A DNA stretch of 64,000 bases from Deltaproteobacteria bacterium (GTDB taxonomy: Bacteria > Myxococcota > Kuafuiibacteriia > Kuafuiibacteriales > Kuafuiibacteriaceae). The notes below the pieces were generated by a model, which was not told the origin of the DNA, ran no database searches, and was given only the letters and a program-made list of their open reading frames with translations. Positions 10,381 through 18,703 of the stretch are shown piece by piece; position 1 is the first letter of the stretch, and every line of letters begins with the position of its first letter. Location: the NCBI GenBank assembly GCA_040218735.1, contig JAVJQW010000070.1, forward strand, positions 160,001 through 224,000. Reading direction: 5' to 3'. The position numbers and the translations under genes were made by a program.

Positions 10381-11511
10381 TCAGATCTGCGCGAGCAACG
10401 TCGTCGGATCCACGATCTCGATCCGGGGGTCGACCGACTTGAGGTGCGCCGCGCAGCGCGGGCTCGAGACCGCGAGCCGCTCCGCGCCCGTCGCGCGGAA
10501 GGCTTCGATGCGGGCCTCGGCCATCGCGGTCGCCGTGCCGGGCGCCGACAGCGGCAGCAGGCCGGCCGCGCCGCAGCAGTCCAGGGGCCCGCCCGTCGCG
10601 GCCGCGCCCAACTCGATCGGCGGTGTGCCCAGCGCGTGCGCGAGGATCGTCCGCGGGGCGTCGCGCTCGCCGAGGCCGCGGCTCAGGCCGCAGGTCTCGA
10701 GCAGCGCGGTCTTCGGGATGTCGGGGCGGACGCTGTGGTTCGGGAGGCGGCGCGCGAGGAACGTCGACACGTGCTCGATCTTCGCCGTCACCTTCACCCC
10801 GACGTCGGCGTACCGGTGTTTCAGCGCGTGCCCGCAGGCGGCGTCGTGCACGACGATCTTTTCGGCGCCCTGAAGCTGCGAAGCGAAGCGCGCCGCGTGC
10901 CCCGCGAACCCGTCGAGCTCCCCCGCCCAGAACAGCGGCAGCCCACAGCACCCGCTCGAGCTCGGCGTCAGCGCGACCTTCCGCGCGCCGAACAACGACG
11001 CCGCGCGGAGGAAGCTCACCGCCGCGTCCGGCTCGGAGGCGATCGTCTCGCAGCCCGGCAGGTACACGGTCGGCGCGGTGCGGTGGACCGGCGCGCCGGC
11101 CGCCTCGGCGATGCGTCGCACGGGCCCCTCGAGCGAGGTCCCCTGCGGGTTCCCGGAGACACCGAAGTGTCCGCACACCTCGCGCACGCCCGCGGGCGCC
11201 CCGCCCTCCGTCACGACCCGCTGGCGGGCCATCGAGAGGACGAGCGGGACGTCGTTGTCGTGCAGGCACGTCTCCGTACACGCGTGGCAGTGCGAGCAGT
11301 GGTACGGCAGCGTCCGCACCGTCTCGACCGTCGCCCGGCGGGTCTTGAGGAGCCCGGAGAGGATCGTGAGGCGGTGCGGCGAGCTCGTCTCGCGCGCCTC
11401 GGCCTCCGCGACCGGGCAGGACCAGCGACACAGCGTCGGGCACGTGGTGCAGGTGTCGATCGCCTTGTCCTCGCGTTCGTCGAGGACCGCGAGCAGCGGG
11501 GACTTGGTCAC
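10381..11511 (-). CDS. Fe-S oxidoreductase subunit (GlcF/GlpC-like, two 4Fe-4S motifs plus CCG domains)
   Basis: CTTCPTLCRWSCP and CSHCHACTETC ferredoxin motifs, GCCG and DCCG; 4-bp overlap with the upstream gene. Confidence 0.85.
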   Translation of the reverse strand: MTKSPLLAVLDEREDKAIDTCTTCPTLCRWSCPVAEAEARETSSPHRLTILSGLLKTRRATVETVRTLPYHCSHCHACTETCLHDNDVPLVLSMARQRVVTEGGAPAGVREVCGHFGVSGNPQGTSLEGPVRRIAEAAGAPVHRTAPTVYLPGCETIASEPDAAVSFLRAASLFGARKVALTPSSSGCCGLPLFWAGELDGFAGHAARFASQLQGAEKIVVHDAACGHALKHRYADVGVKVTAKIEHVSTFLARRLPNHSVRPDIPKTALLETCGLSRGLGERDAPRTILAHALGTPPIELGAAATGGPLDCCGAAGLLPLSAPGTATAMAEARIEAFRATGAERLAVSSPRCAAHLKSVDPRIEIVDPTTLLAQI

Positions 11512-14390
11512 GGCGACACCTCCCGCTCGCGAAACACCCCCGTCGGATCGAGCGCCTCGGTGAGCTTCTCGCGGATGTCGTCCCAGGTCGCGGCGCGCCG
11601 CTCGGGATCGTCGATCGGGACGTCGCGCCAGTTGTCGCCCGTGGAGGTGCTGAAGTTGTCTTCGTCGCTCGCCATGTCCCGCGTCCCCGCGAGGATACGC
11701 CCGCCGGACTCCGCGCCGGCCTTCGCCGTCGCCAGCCGCGTGTCGCGGTCCACGACCCGGGCCACGACCGTCACGCCCTCGGGGGCCATGAAGTCGAGCC
11801 AGGCCTCACCGCCCGACGCCGCCTGCATCGCCTCGAAGGTCGCCGCAGCGCGGGTCCACAGCGCCGCGACCTCGACCACCGCGTCGAACCGCCCGCCCTC
11901 TGCGGAGTGATCGTCCGACGCCTCGTGGGAGGACGACTGCGCGACGGTGGACGACACGATCGTCTGCTGCGCGCGCATGATGGAGGGCTCGGCCGCGACG
12001 AGGCGCAGCGACAGCACCGCGCCGCCGTCCTCCGCGAAGACCCGGCCCGCCGCCGGTTTCACCCCGCGCTGCAGGATGATCCGCGCGCAGTCCGTCGCCT
12101 CTGCGATCGACGCGAGGCGGTACGTCACGTCGCGCACGTGCCGAGGCCGCGCGGCGACCCGGAGCGTGGCCTTGGTGATCACGCCGAGCCGCCCCAGCGC
12201 ACCGATCAGCGCCTTGTCGAGCTCCGGGCCCGTCGCGGAGCGCGGCACGGGGCGGGTCTCGATCGGCGCACCGTTCGCGAGGAGCCCGCGCACGGCGAAA
12301 CACGGGTCCGCGATGTCGCCGAACGCCACACCGCGCCGGACGAGCAGGTTCCGCGACAGCGCCGCCCCGACCGAGCGCATCACCGAGCGCGGGTGCACCG
12401 GACCGAGCGTCAGGTCGTGCGCAGAGAGGAGCGCCTCCAAGCGATCCACGATCACGCCGGACTCCACCTCGACGAACAGCGAGTGCTCCGAGAGCCGCGC
12501 GACGCCCTCCAGGCGCCGCAGATCCACGTGAACCGCACCCGTCGGTGCGCGGAACCCGGTCTGGTCCGTGACGACCGCGATCCCGCGCGGGTGCGCCACG
12601 CGCAGCACGGCGGCCAGCGCGCTCTCGTCCGGCGGGCGCACCGTGGTGCGGCTGCCCGAGACGATCAGGTTCTTCTCCCCGACCGCCGCGACGATCTTCT
12701 CCGGGAAGTGCTGCTCCGCGCCGACGGCCGTCGGCGGGACACGCCGCGGCGGTGGGCGGCGGTGCCGCTCCAGCCCGAGTTTGTTGGGGTTGAGGATGCC
12801 GGTGGGATCAAACGCGTCCTTGAGCGCCGACAGCACGCGCATCCCGCCCGGCCCGTGCTCGCGCGCCATCCCCGCGGCCTTCGACTCGCCGACACCGTGG
12901 TGGTGGGAGATGGTGCCCTGCGACTCGTGCACCGCGACGAGCGCGTTCTTCCAGATGCGGTCGTAGCGCTCGAGCGCCTCCTCGGGGTGCTTCGGATCCG
13001 AAGCCACCCCCGCGAACGTGAAGTAGATCGAGCAGCCCTCACCGTAAGCGTGAGAGAAGTGCGCCATCACCACGGCATCCTTGGCGATGGCGCGCCGGAC
13101 GGCCTTGAACATCGGCAGCAGCCGATCCCACGTGCTCGCGACCTCCATCGTGTCGACGAAGAGCCCCGAGGCGTACACCTTCGAAGCCTTGAAGGACATG
13201 TTGTAGCGGTTCGCCAGCCAGTGCTCGCCGGGGCCCGGCCCGAGATCCTTCGCGCCCTCCGCGGCGCAGATGACCTTCGCGGTCTCCATCTCGGCGGCGA
13301 CCAGCGCGGGGTGGCCTTCGAAGCCGAGGATCAGGAGCGCGTCGTCGGGGAGCACGTCGATCGCCCGGTTGAGGACCAGCGGCGATCCCATCACGGCGCG
13401 CACCGTCCCGCGCATCAGCGAGCCGCGCAGCCGTTCGGAGAGGTTCGTGACGCCGAGCTTCGGGATGCGGCGCGCGATGTCGTCGAACATCCCCTGCGCG
13501 CGGGTCGCGAGGGCGTCGATCGAGCCGACGCCGTCGTCGGCCTCCTCCTCCGCGCCGTGCCCTCGGCCGAGCATCGTGTCGAGCGCGTCGTACAGGCGGA
13601 CGACGGACGGCCGCAGCCCCGCGCGGAGCATCCGGCGAATGGCGTCGAGGCCGGCCTGCACGCTCGGGAACTCCATCCCGGCCATGCGTCGCGCCGCGGG
13701 GATCGGGCGTATGCGCAGCTCCGCCGCGGTGATGATCCCCAGGGTCCCCTCGGACCCGACGACGAGCTGGTTGAAGTCCGGCCCCTCGACGGGGCGTGGG
13801 CCGAGCATCATCCGCCGCACGCGCCCGCGGGTCACGACCTCCAGGCCGTGGGTCATGTCCTCGATCTTCCCGTAGAGCGTCGACATCTGCCCGGCGCTGC
13901 GCGCGGCGAGCCAACCACCGACCGTCGAGCAACCGATCGACGACGGGAAGTGACCGAGCGTGAACCCGCGCGCGTTCAACATGCGCTCGAGGCGCTCGCC
14001 GATGATGCCGGACTCGACCTCCAGTCGCAGGTTGTCGCCGTCGAGTTCGCGGATGCGGCGCATCCGCTTGAGGTCGAGGACGATGCCCCCGTCGGTCGGG
14101 CGCGCGCCGCCGCAGACCCCGGAGCCCGCGCCGTAGGGCACGATGGGGACGCCGACCTCGTCGGCGAGGTGCAGGATTCGCGCGACCTCCTCCGCGGACT
14201 CGGGCCACACCACACACGAGGGCGCCGAGGGGACGGTGCCGGCGCGCATCTGCAGGATGTCGCGCGGCCAGCAGTCGTGGCTGTACGCGATGCGATCCGC
14301 GTCGAGGCTGGACACGTGCTGGGCACCGACGATGCGAGCCAGGTCTACGATGAGCGCGGCATCCGCCGCGGGTCGAGCCAACAGCGCCAA
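11508..14390 (-). CDS. FAD-binding oxidoreductase, alkylglycerone-phosphate synthase-like, with a second degenerate FAD-binding module
   Basis: PYGAGSGVCGG, GHFPSS, STVGGWLA, GSEGTLGII, GCSIYF, TISHHHGVG, DPTGILNP; C-terminal repeat of the fold. Start is uncertain (TTG at 14390 chosen because the track start overlaps hutH). Confidence 0.8.
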   Translation of the reverse strand: MALLARPAADAALIVDLARIVGAQHVSSLDADRIAYSHDCWPRDILQMRAGTVPSAPSCVVWPESAEEVARILHLADEVGVPIVPYGAGSGVCGGARPTDGGIVLDLKRMRRIRELDGDNLRLEVESGIIGERLERMLNARGFTLGHFPSSIGCSTVGGWLAARSAGQMSTLYGKIEDMTHGLEVVTRGRVRRMMLGPRPVEGPDFNQLVVGSEGTLGIITAAELRIRPIPAARRMAGMEFPSVQAGLDAIRRMLRAGLRPSVVRLYDALDTMLGRGHGAEEEADDGVGSIDALATRAQGMFDDIARRIPKLGVTNLSERLRGSLMRGTVRAVMGSPLVLNRAIDVLPDDALLILGFEGHPALVAAEMETAKVICAAEGAKDLGPGPGEHWLANRYNMSFKASKVYASGLFVDTMEVASTWDRLLPMFKAVRRAIAKDAVVMAHFSHAYGEGCSIYFTFAGVASDPKHPEEALERYDRIWKNALVAVHESQGTISHHHGVGESKAAGMAREHGPGGMRVLSALKDAFDPTGILNPNKLGLERHRRPPPRRVPPTAVGAEQHFPEKIVAAVGEKNLIVSGSRTTVRPPDESALAAVLRVAHPRGIAVVTDQTGFRAPTGAVHVDLRRLEGVARLSEHSLFVEVESGVIVDRLEALLSAHDLTLGPVHPRSVMRSVGAALSRNLLVRRGVAFGDIADPCFAVRGLLANGAPIETRPVPRSATGPELDKALIGALGRLGVITKATLRVAARPRHVRDVTYRLASIAEATDCARIILQRGVKPAAGRVFAEDGGAVLSLRLVAAEPSIMRAQQTIVSSTVAQSSSHEASDDHSAEGGRFDAVVEVAALWTRAAATFEAMQAASGGEAWLDFMAPEGVTVVARVVDRDTRLATAKAGAESGGRILAGTRDMASDEDNFSTSTGDNWRDVPIDDPERRAATWDDIREKLTEALDPTGVFREREVSP

Positions 14391-14475
14391 GACGTGCCGC
14401 GATCTACACCGTCGGCGCACCCAGAGCAAAAGGACGGGCTTGCCTCGGCCCCGCGCCCTCGGCATGTGAGGGCGC

Positions 14476-16002
14476 GTGGAATCCATCATCATCGACGGCC
14501 GCTCGCTCACCATCGAAGACGTCGTTCGCGTCGCGGCCGGCGGGTGCACGGTCTCCCTCGGCGACGACGCGCGCGAAGCGGTGGTCGCCGCGCGCGACCT
14601 CGTGGAGGCGCGGGCGCGCTCCGGGCAACCCGTGTACGGCGTGAACACCGGCTTCGGTTTCCTCGCCAAGGTACGAATTCCCGAGGCGGATCTGTCGCAG
14701 CTTCAGGTGAACCTCATCCGCTCGCACGCGGTGGGGCTCGGCGATCCGCTCCCCGCGGATCAGACCCGCGCGCTCATGCTCCTGCGCGCGAACGTGATGG
14801 CGACCGGCAACTCGGGCGTGCGGCTCGAGACCCTTCAGCTGCTCCTCGACTTCCTCAATGCGGACATCCTCCCGGTCATCCCCAAGAAGGGCAGCGTCGG
14901 CGCCTCGGGGGACCTCGCCCCCCTCGCCCACCTCGCGCTCGCGATGATCGGCGAGGGCGAGGTCGTCGTGAACGGGCAGCGGCGCCCGAGCGCCGAGGTC
15001 ATGGCCGAGCACGACCTCGCGCCGCTCACCCTCGGGCCCAAGGAGGGGCTGTGCCTGATCAACGGCACGCAGGTGATGAGCGCGCTGGGGGTCCTCGCGC
15101 TCCACCGCGCCGAGCGCCTGACCGCGTTCGCCGACGTCGCGGGAGCGATGAGCCTGGAGGGCAACAAGGGCACGGTGGTCGCGTTCGATCCGCGCATCCA
15201 CCAGGTCCGCCCTCACGCGGGCCAGCTGCAGAGCGCCGAGAACCTCCGCAAGCTCCTCGCGGACAGCCGCATCGGCGACAGCCACGCCGACTGCGACCGC
15301 GTGCAGGACGCGTACAGCTTCAGGTGCATGCCGCAGGTCCACGGGGCGACGCGCGACGTGCTCGGCTTCGTTCGCAAGACGCTGGAGGTGGAGATCAACA
15401 GCGCCACCGACAACCCGCTCGTGTTCGCCGACGACGACGTGATGCTCTCCGGCGGCAACTTCCACGGGCAGCCGCTCGCGTTTGCGCTCGACTTCCTCGC
15501 GATCGCGGTGAGCGAGCTCGCGAACATCTCGGACCGGCGCGTCGAGCAGCTGATCGATCCCGCGCTCTCCGACCTCCCCGCATTCCTCGTGAAGAACCCC
15601 GGGCTCAACAGCGGCTTCATGATCGCGCAGGTCACCGCCGCGAGCCTGGTGAACGAGAACAAGGTGCTCGTGTATCCCGCGAGCGCCGACTCGATCCCGA
15701 CTTCGGCGAACCGCGAGGACCACGTCTCGATGGGGATGACGAGCGCGCGCAAGGCGCTGGAGGTCGTCGACAACACCGAGGCCTGCCTCGCCATCGAGCT
15801 GCTCTGCGCCTGCCAGGCGATCGACCTCATCGGTGAATCACCGGGCGTCGGCGTCGCGGCGGCCCACCGCGCGGTCCGGGAGGTGGTGCCGTTCATGGAG
15901 ACGGATCGCGTCCTGCACCCGGACGTGGAGGCCGTCATCGACGGGTCGCGCTCCGGCCGAATCCTGGCGGCGGTCGAAGAGGTGATCGGGGCGCTGTCGT
16001 GA
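14476..16002 (+). CDS. hutH: Histidine ammonia-lyase
   Basis: VYGVNTGFG, NLIRSHA (HAL-type Ser-His), MIO-forming GSVGASGDLAPL, VQDAYSFRC, SGGNFHGQP, EDHVSMG. Confidence 0.93.
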   Translation: MESIIIDGRSLTIEDVVRVAAGGCTVSLGDDAREAVVAARDLVEARARSGQPVYGVNTGFGFLAKVRIPEADLSQLQVNLIRSHAVGLGDPLPADQTRALMLLRANVMATGNSGVRLETLQLLLDFLNADILPVIPKKGSVGASGDLAPLAHLALAMIGEGEVVVNGQRRPSAEVMAEHDLAPLTLGPKEGLCLINGTQVMSALGVLALHRAERLTAFADVAGAMSLEGNKGTVVAFDPRIHQVRPHAGQLQSAENLRKLLADSRIGDSHADCDRVQDAYSFRCMPQVHGATRDVLGFVRKTLEVEINSATDNPLVFADDDVMLSGGNFHGQPLAFALDFLAIAVSELANISDRRVEQLIDPALSDLPAFLVKNPGLNSGFMIAQVTAASLVNENKVLVYPASADSIPTSANREDHVSMGMTSARKALEVVDNTEACLAIELLCACQAIDLIGESPGVGVAAAHRAVREVVPFMETDRVLHPDVEAVIDGSRSGRILAAVEEVIGALS

Positions 16003-16024
16003 CGTTTATTCCACCCCCGGGTCC

Positions 16025-17470
16025 GTGCCACACTCCCCCCGACCGATGCCCGTCCCACAGATAGGCTTTCGGGCGGCCTACGGCTCGAACCGCGCGCTCG
16101 ACGCGGATTACTCGGCGTTCATCACGCACGGCGCGCTGATCGTGAGGATCCGCGCCACGGACGCGCCGGACCCGGACACGCCAGTGCGCCTGCGGATCGT
16201 CGCCCCCGGCGAGCACACCTTCGACTTCGACGGCGTCGCCGGCCAGATGCTGAAGAAGGGCCTCATGGTCTCCTTCGAGGACGCTGCGGAGGCCCGCACC
16301 GCCATCGCTGGGTTCATCGCGAGCGAAGGGTTCAAGCGGGCCGTGAGCGGCGAGCCCGAGGACGCGATGAAGCCGCCCACCTTCGCCAAATTCGATCCCG
16401 CGAGCGCGCCGGCGCCCGCACCGGCCGACGATCCCTTCGACGACGCGACCCCGATCGACCAACCCGGTGCGCCGCTGCACCCGGACATCGATACGGCGCC
16501 GCAGGTGATCGAGCGGGACCCGACGACCGGGCTGCACCCGGACATCGACACGGTCGCGCGGAAGAAGCGGAAGAAGAAGGCGGCCGCGGTCGGCCTGCAC
16601 CCGGACATCGACAAGCTCCCCGCGAAGCGCGGCGCGGCCGCACAACGCGCGGAGAAGGGCTCGACGACGATCCGCAAGCCGGCGCCGAGCTCGGAGTTCA
16701 CGGTGTTCGTCGTGAAGTACGCGACGGTGGCGGACTTCGTGGAAGTGAAGGACGACTTCGAGCGCGACGCGACGCTCCCGATCCCGGCGGATCCGTCGGA
16801 CCTGGAGATCAACGACGTCGCGCGCGTGAAGGTCACCCTCCCCGGCCGCAACGTCTACGAGCTCGACGGGGTCGTCGAGGGCCTCGGCGCGGACACGGTG
16901 CTGGTGCGCGTCGACGAAAACGACGAGACCTTCCGCAAGCTGGTCCTCTACCCGACGACGATCGCGGCGCGGAAGCGGCTCGAGACCGAGCGCCCCGAGG
17001 ACCGCGGGCCGCCGACGGTGATCAAGCTGACGGACGTCGCGCCGGACGAGGACTTCGACAAGATGCCCATCCGGCGCCGCCTGGCGCGCATGGGCATGGA
17101 CGACAAGATCAACATGGCGCTCTCCGGCAACCGCGAGGAGCGAATGGCGCTCGCGATGGACGGCAACCGCGCCGTCCACCACTACCTGCTGAAGAACGCC
17201 AAGATCACCCTCGACGAGATCGCGTTCATGTCGCGCCTGCCGAGCCTCAACCCGGACGTGCTCGACAAGATCGCCGAGAACCCGATGTACACGCAGAACC
17301 CGACGGTGACGAAGGCGCTGGTCTACAACCCGAAGACGCCGATCCGCACCGCGATCCGGCTCCTGGATCGGCTGCCGCGCCCGGAGATCATGAACCTGGC
17401 GAAGCGCTCGAACATGAACCTGCGCCTGGTGATGGCGGCGAAGAAGAAGATCGAGCGCTTCAAGGGCTGA
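16025..17470 (+). CDS. Hypothetical protein: possible PilZ-like beta domains, LHPDID repeats, conserved-looking helical C-terminal domain
   Basis: Strong GC3 bias; C-terminus 'KINMALSGNREERMALAMD...ALVYNPKTP'. The PilZ-like call is tentative. Confidence 0.7.
   Translation: MPHSPRPMPVPQIGFRAAYGSNRALDADYSAFITHGALIVRIRATDAPDPDTPVRLRIVAPGEHTFDFDGVAGQMLKKGLMVSFEDAAEARTAIAGFIASEGFKRAVSGEPEDAMKPPTFAKFDPASAPAPAPADDPFDDATPIDQPGAPLHPDIDTAPQVIERDPTTGLHPDIDTVARKKRKKKAAAVGLHPDIDKLPAKRGAAAQRAEKGSTTIRKPAPSSEFTVFVVKYATVADFVEVKDDFERDATLPIPADPSDLEINDVARVKVTLPGRNVYELDGVVEGLGADTVLVRVDENDETFRKLVLYPTTIAARKRLETERPEDRGPPTVIKLTDVAPDEDFDKMPIRRRLARMGMDDKINMALSGNREERMALAMDGNRAVHHYLLKNAKITLDEIAFMSRLPSLNPDVLDKIAENPMYTQNPTVTKALVYNPKTPIRTAIRLLDRLPRPEIMNLAKRSNMNLRLVMAAKKKIERFKG
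16475..16612 (+). repeat. Three dispersed copies of CTGCACCCGGACATCGA (LHPDID)
   Basis: Copies start at 16475, 16532 and 16595. Confidence 0.85.
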
Positions 17471-17499
17471 GGCCGGCCCGAGGCCTGACACCCAGAGGC

Positions 17500-18699
17500 T
17501 CAGCCGATCACGCGGTCGTTGATCAGGTCGGCGAGGATGCGCACAGTGTCGAGGCGCGGCATCCCGGAGAGCGCGATGAGGTCTTCGTAGGTCACGGCGC
17601 CGTCGATCTGCGAGAGGATGAACCCGGCGCGGTGGTTCAGGTTCAGCCAGATCACCTCTTCCCCCGAGATGAGCACGCGCGGCGTCCGTTCGAAGTCGCC
17701 GATCTTGGACTCGTACATCTTCAGGAGGTTCTGCCGTGCGGTCGCGACGAGGCTCTTCGCCGTCGAGGCTTCGGCGGCGTCGTCCGGGATCTGCTCGAGG
17801 AACTCGAGCGCCCCGTTGAAGTCGTGCAGCTGGAAGCGATCCCGCGCGGCGTCCAACAGCGCGGCGGGTGACTGCTGCTGAGGCGGCGGCTCGTAGGCCT
17901 GCCCCTGGACCACGGGGACCTCCTGGTGGGCCGGCACGTCCTGATGGGCGGGACCGTGCTGCTGCGCGGGGACGTCCGGCGTCGGCGGCATCTCCACCGG
18001 ATCGTCGAAGACGATGTCGGCGCCGAGCGGGCCCGGATCCATGTCCGCCGGGAGGTCACCGGTCGCCCGGAGGAAGTCGACGATCTCTTCGCGCGACTGC
18101 GGATCGCCGCGGTTGAAGAACCGATCCCGGTCGAGCTCGGGGAGCGGCGTCGGCTCCGGGACCGCCTCGAAGTCACCCTGCGAGCGCACCGTCACGACCG
18201 AAGTCCGCGACGGCCCCTCGTCCCACGGGTTCGACGACGCCGGTGGGCTGTCGATGCTCGACGGCGTCCGGTAGAGCTGCTCGCCACGCTCGACGAAGTC
18301 GAACGGATCCGTCGACATCCCCTGCGCCGCGGGCGTCGGGATCGTCGGGGCGACGAGCCCCGTCGCCGGGGTCGGCGCTTCGGAGGCCGCGTACGGATCC
18401 AGCGGCGCCGGCTCGCTCACGCCGAGCGGGTTGGACTGCGGACCGCCCGCCATCGGATCGGCGCGGTGCGCGCGGGGGTCTTCGAACGGGTTCGACGACG
18501 AGGCCGGGCCTTTGAACCCGGTGCTCGAAGCGCGCTGGAGCAACCGCAGGCACTCGTGCGCGCGCTGGTTGTGCGGTTCGAGCTCGACGGCGCGCTGCCA
18601 CCACGCCTCCGCCGCGACGAAGTCACTACGTCCGAACCAGTACATGCCGGCCCGTATGCATTCGTCCGCCGTCGGATCGGGCTGCTGGTCGTCCGTCAC
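17500..18699 (-). CDS. Hypothetical protein: N-terminal TPR, Pro-rich linker, C-terminal winged-helix-like domain
   Basis: Starts 4 bp after the dnaK stop; C-terminus 'LNLNHRAGFILSQIDGAVTYEDLIALSGMPRLDTVRILADL'. Confidence 0.7.
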   Translation of the reverse strand: MTDDQQPDPTADECIRAGMYWFGRSDFVAAEAWWQRAVELEPHNQRAHECLRLLQRASSTGFKGPASSSNPFEDPRAHRADPMAGGPQSNPLGVSEPAPLDPYAASEAPTPATGLVAPTIPTPAAQGMSTDPFDFVERGEQLYRTPSSIDSPPASSNPWDEGPSRTSVVTVRSQGDFEAVPEPTPLPELDRDRFFNRGDPQSREEIVDFLRATGDLPADMDPGPLGADIVFDDPVEMPPTPDVPAQQHGPAHQDVPAHQEVPVVQGQAYEPPPQQQSPAALLDAARDRFQLHDFNGALEFLEQIPDDAAEASTAKSLVATARQNLLKMYESKIGDFERTPRVLISGEEVIWLNLNHRAGFILSQIDGAVTYEDLIALSGMPRLDTVRILADLINDRVIG

Positions 18700-18703
18700 G
18701 CGC

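Noticed and set aside
14476-16002. Lone ammonia-lyase as a PAL/TAL or aminomutase for secondary metabolism
   Set aside because: The Ser-His specificity pair (NLIRSH) is HAL-type, and no biosynthetic cluster is nearby.
16475-16612. Spaced direct repeats as a mini-CRISPR
   Set aside because: Only 17 bp long, in frame within a CDS, unevenly spaced (57 and 63 bp), and no cas genes are present.
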